Below, piece by piece: positions 43,214-43,837 of a DNA stretch of 43,837 nt (positions within the stretch are counted from its first letter, which is position 1; each line of letters opens with the position of its first letter). Source of the DNA: a virus (Duplodnaviria > Caudoviricetes); IMG/VR virus record IMGVR_UViG_3300032104_000023, positions 1 through 43,837 of that record, one strand, 5' to 3'. Below the pieces are notes generated by a model. That model was given only the letters and a program-made list of their open reading frames with translations, was not told the DNA's origin and did not search any database. A program made the translations under genes and the position numbers.

Positions 43214-43837
43214 TTGGTACAAGAAACATTCAAGCCTAGTATGGACCGACCGACTGGAGGTGACACTCCACTTAGGGAGTTCATAGGTATCCTGGAAGAG
43301 TACAAGGCTGAGGAGCGCCAGGGTAATGATGGTAGCAACTACACTACCATTAACTTTAACTTCAAGGAGTTAGAGGTCCTTGACGCAGTTGAGCCTTACC
43401 CTTTCCCTATCGCAGTTATACGGATAGGATATAAGCCACCTAAGGCCTCAAGAGGTGGTACTAAGTGGGATGCTCTATCAGGCTCCCTACGGAAACTCTC
43501 TCCGACCAACCCTGATATTGACCTGCTTGTAGGCAAAAAGCAGCAGTGGAAGATGGTAGAGATACCTCTACGTGGCATTATGAGGGATGAGGGCGGACAG
43601 GAAGTAGTGGACGCCAATGGTAAGCAGGTATGGGGAGAAGTACCTACCCTCTGTTGGGCTATTGTGTCCGTAGACGGACTAGGCTCAGTGGAACAGAAGG
43701 ATAAGGATTTCAACACATTCCTTGTAGACCTGGCTGACGGTAAGACTGAGCCCCAGTTCTACTCTACTGCCCTTACCAACTCTGAGGTAACAGCTAGGCC
43801 TAATATAGTGGAGGCCATCACTGACAGAAAGCTACTG
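43214..43837 (+). CDS. Partial SSB-like (OB-fold candidate) protein, runs off the window end
   Basis: TTG behind AAGGAG; 208 open codons (..INFNFKELEV..EPYPFP..TKW..LVGK..); absent from the ORF track. Confidence 0.7.
   Translation, partial: MVQETFKPSMDRPTGGDTPLREFIGILEEYKAEERQGNDGSNYTTINFNFKELEVLDAVEPYPFPIAVIRIGYKPPKASRGGTKWDALSGSLRKLSPTNPDIDLLVGKKQQWKMVEIPLRGIMRDEGGQEVVDANGKQVWGEVPTLCWAIVSVDGLGSVEQKDKDFNTFLVDLADGKTEPQFYSTALTNSEVTARPNIVEAITDRKLL
43783..43822 (+). repeat. 40-bp exact direct repeat, copy 2, inside the SSB-like ORF
   Basis: Identical to 16-55. Confidence 0.95.

Overview
Near-complete ~43.8 kb genome of a tailed dsDNA phage with podovirus-like content (no tape measure, sheath, integrase, CI-like repressor or primase recognised). 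A leftward arm (34.1 to 8.8 kb) encodes TerS, TerL with two inteins, portal, putative ejection proteins including a 1637-aa protein, a Cys-rich HTH regulator, scaffold, major capsid protein, adaptor/nozzle/fibre candidates and an M23 lysis module. A rightward arm (34.3 kb to the end, continuing at 1-8.8 kb) encodes small early genes, an SLT-like protein, a MazG-like protein, an AAA_25 helicase, an SSB-like protein, a Cas4/RecB-like nuclease, an intein-split Sak4-like ATPase, an ERCC4 nuclease, a DNA methyltransferase and PolA. Host is tentatively Chloroflexota (Dehalococcoidia-like) or another phylum using the GAAC-N4-GTTC SOS box; this is inference only. Most notable: a perfect LexA-type box in a divergent promoter region of a phage with no recognisable repressor or integrase; a capsid gene that appears to start at ATC; five HNH loci in graded decay beside replication genes, one of which duplicated the helicase 3' end; related single-LAGLIDADG inteins in two unrelated genes; repeat-bounded modules in the large virion protein; nested ORFs with strong RBSs; and long hairpins next to RBSs. 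All calls come from motif reading by eye, with no database searches.
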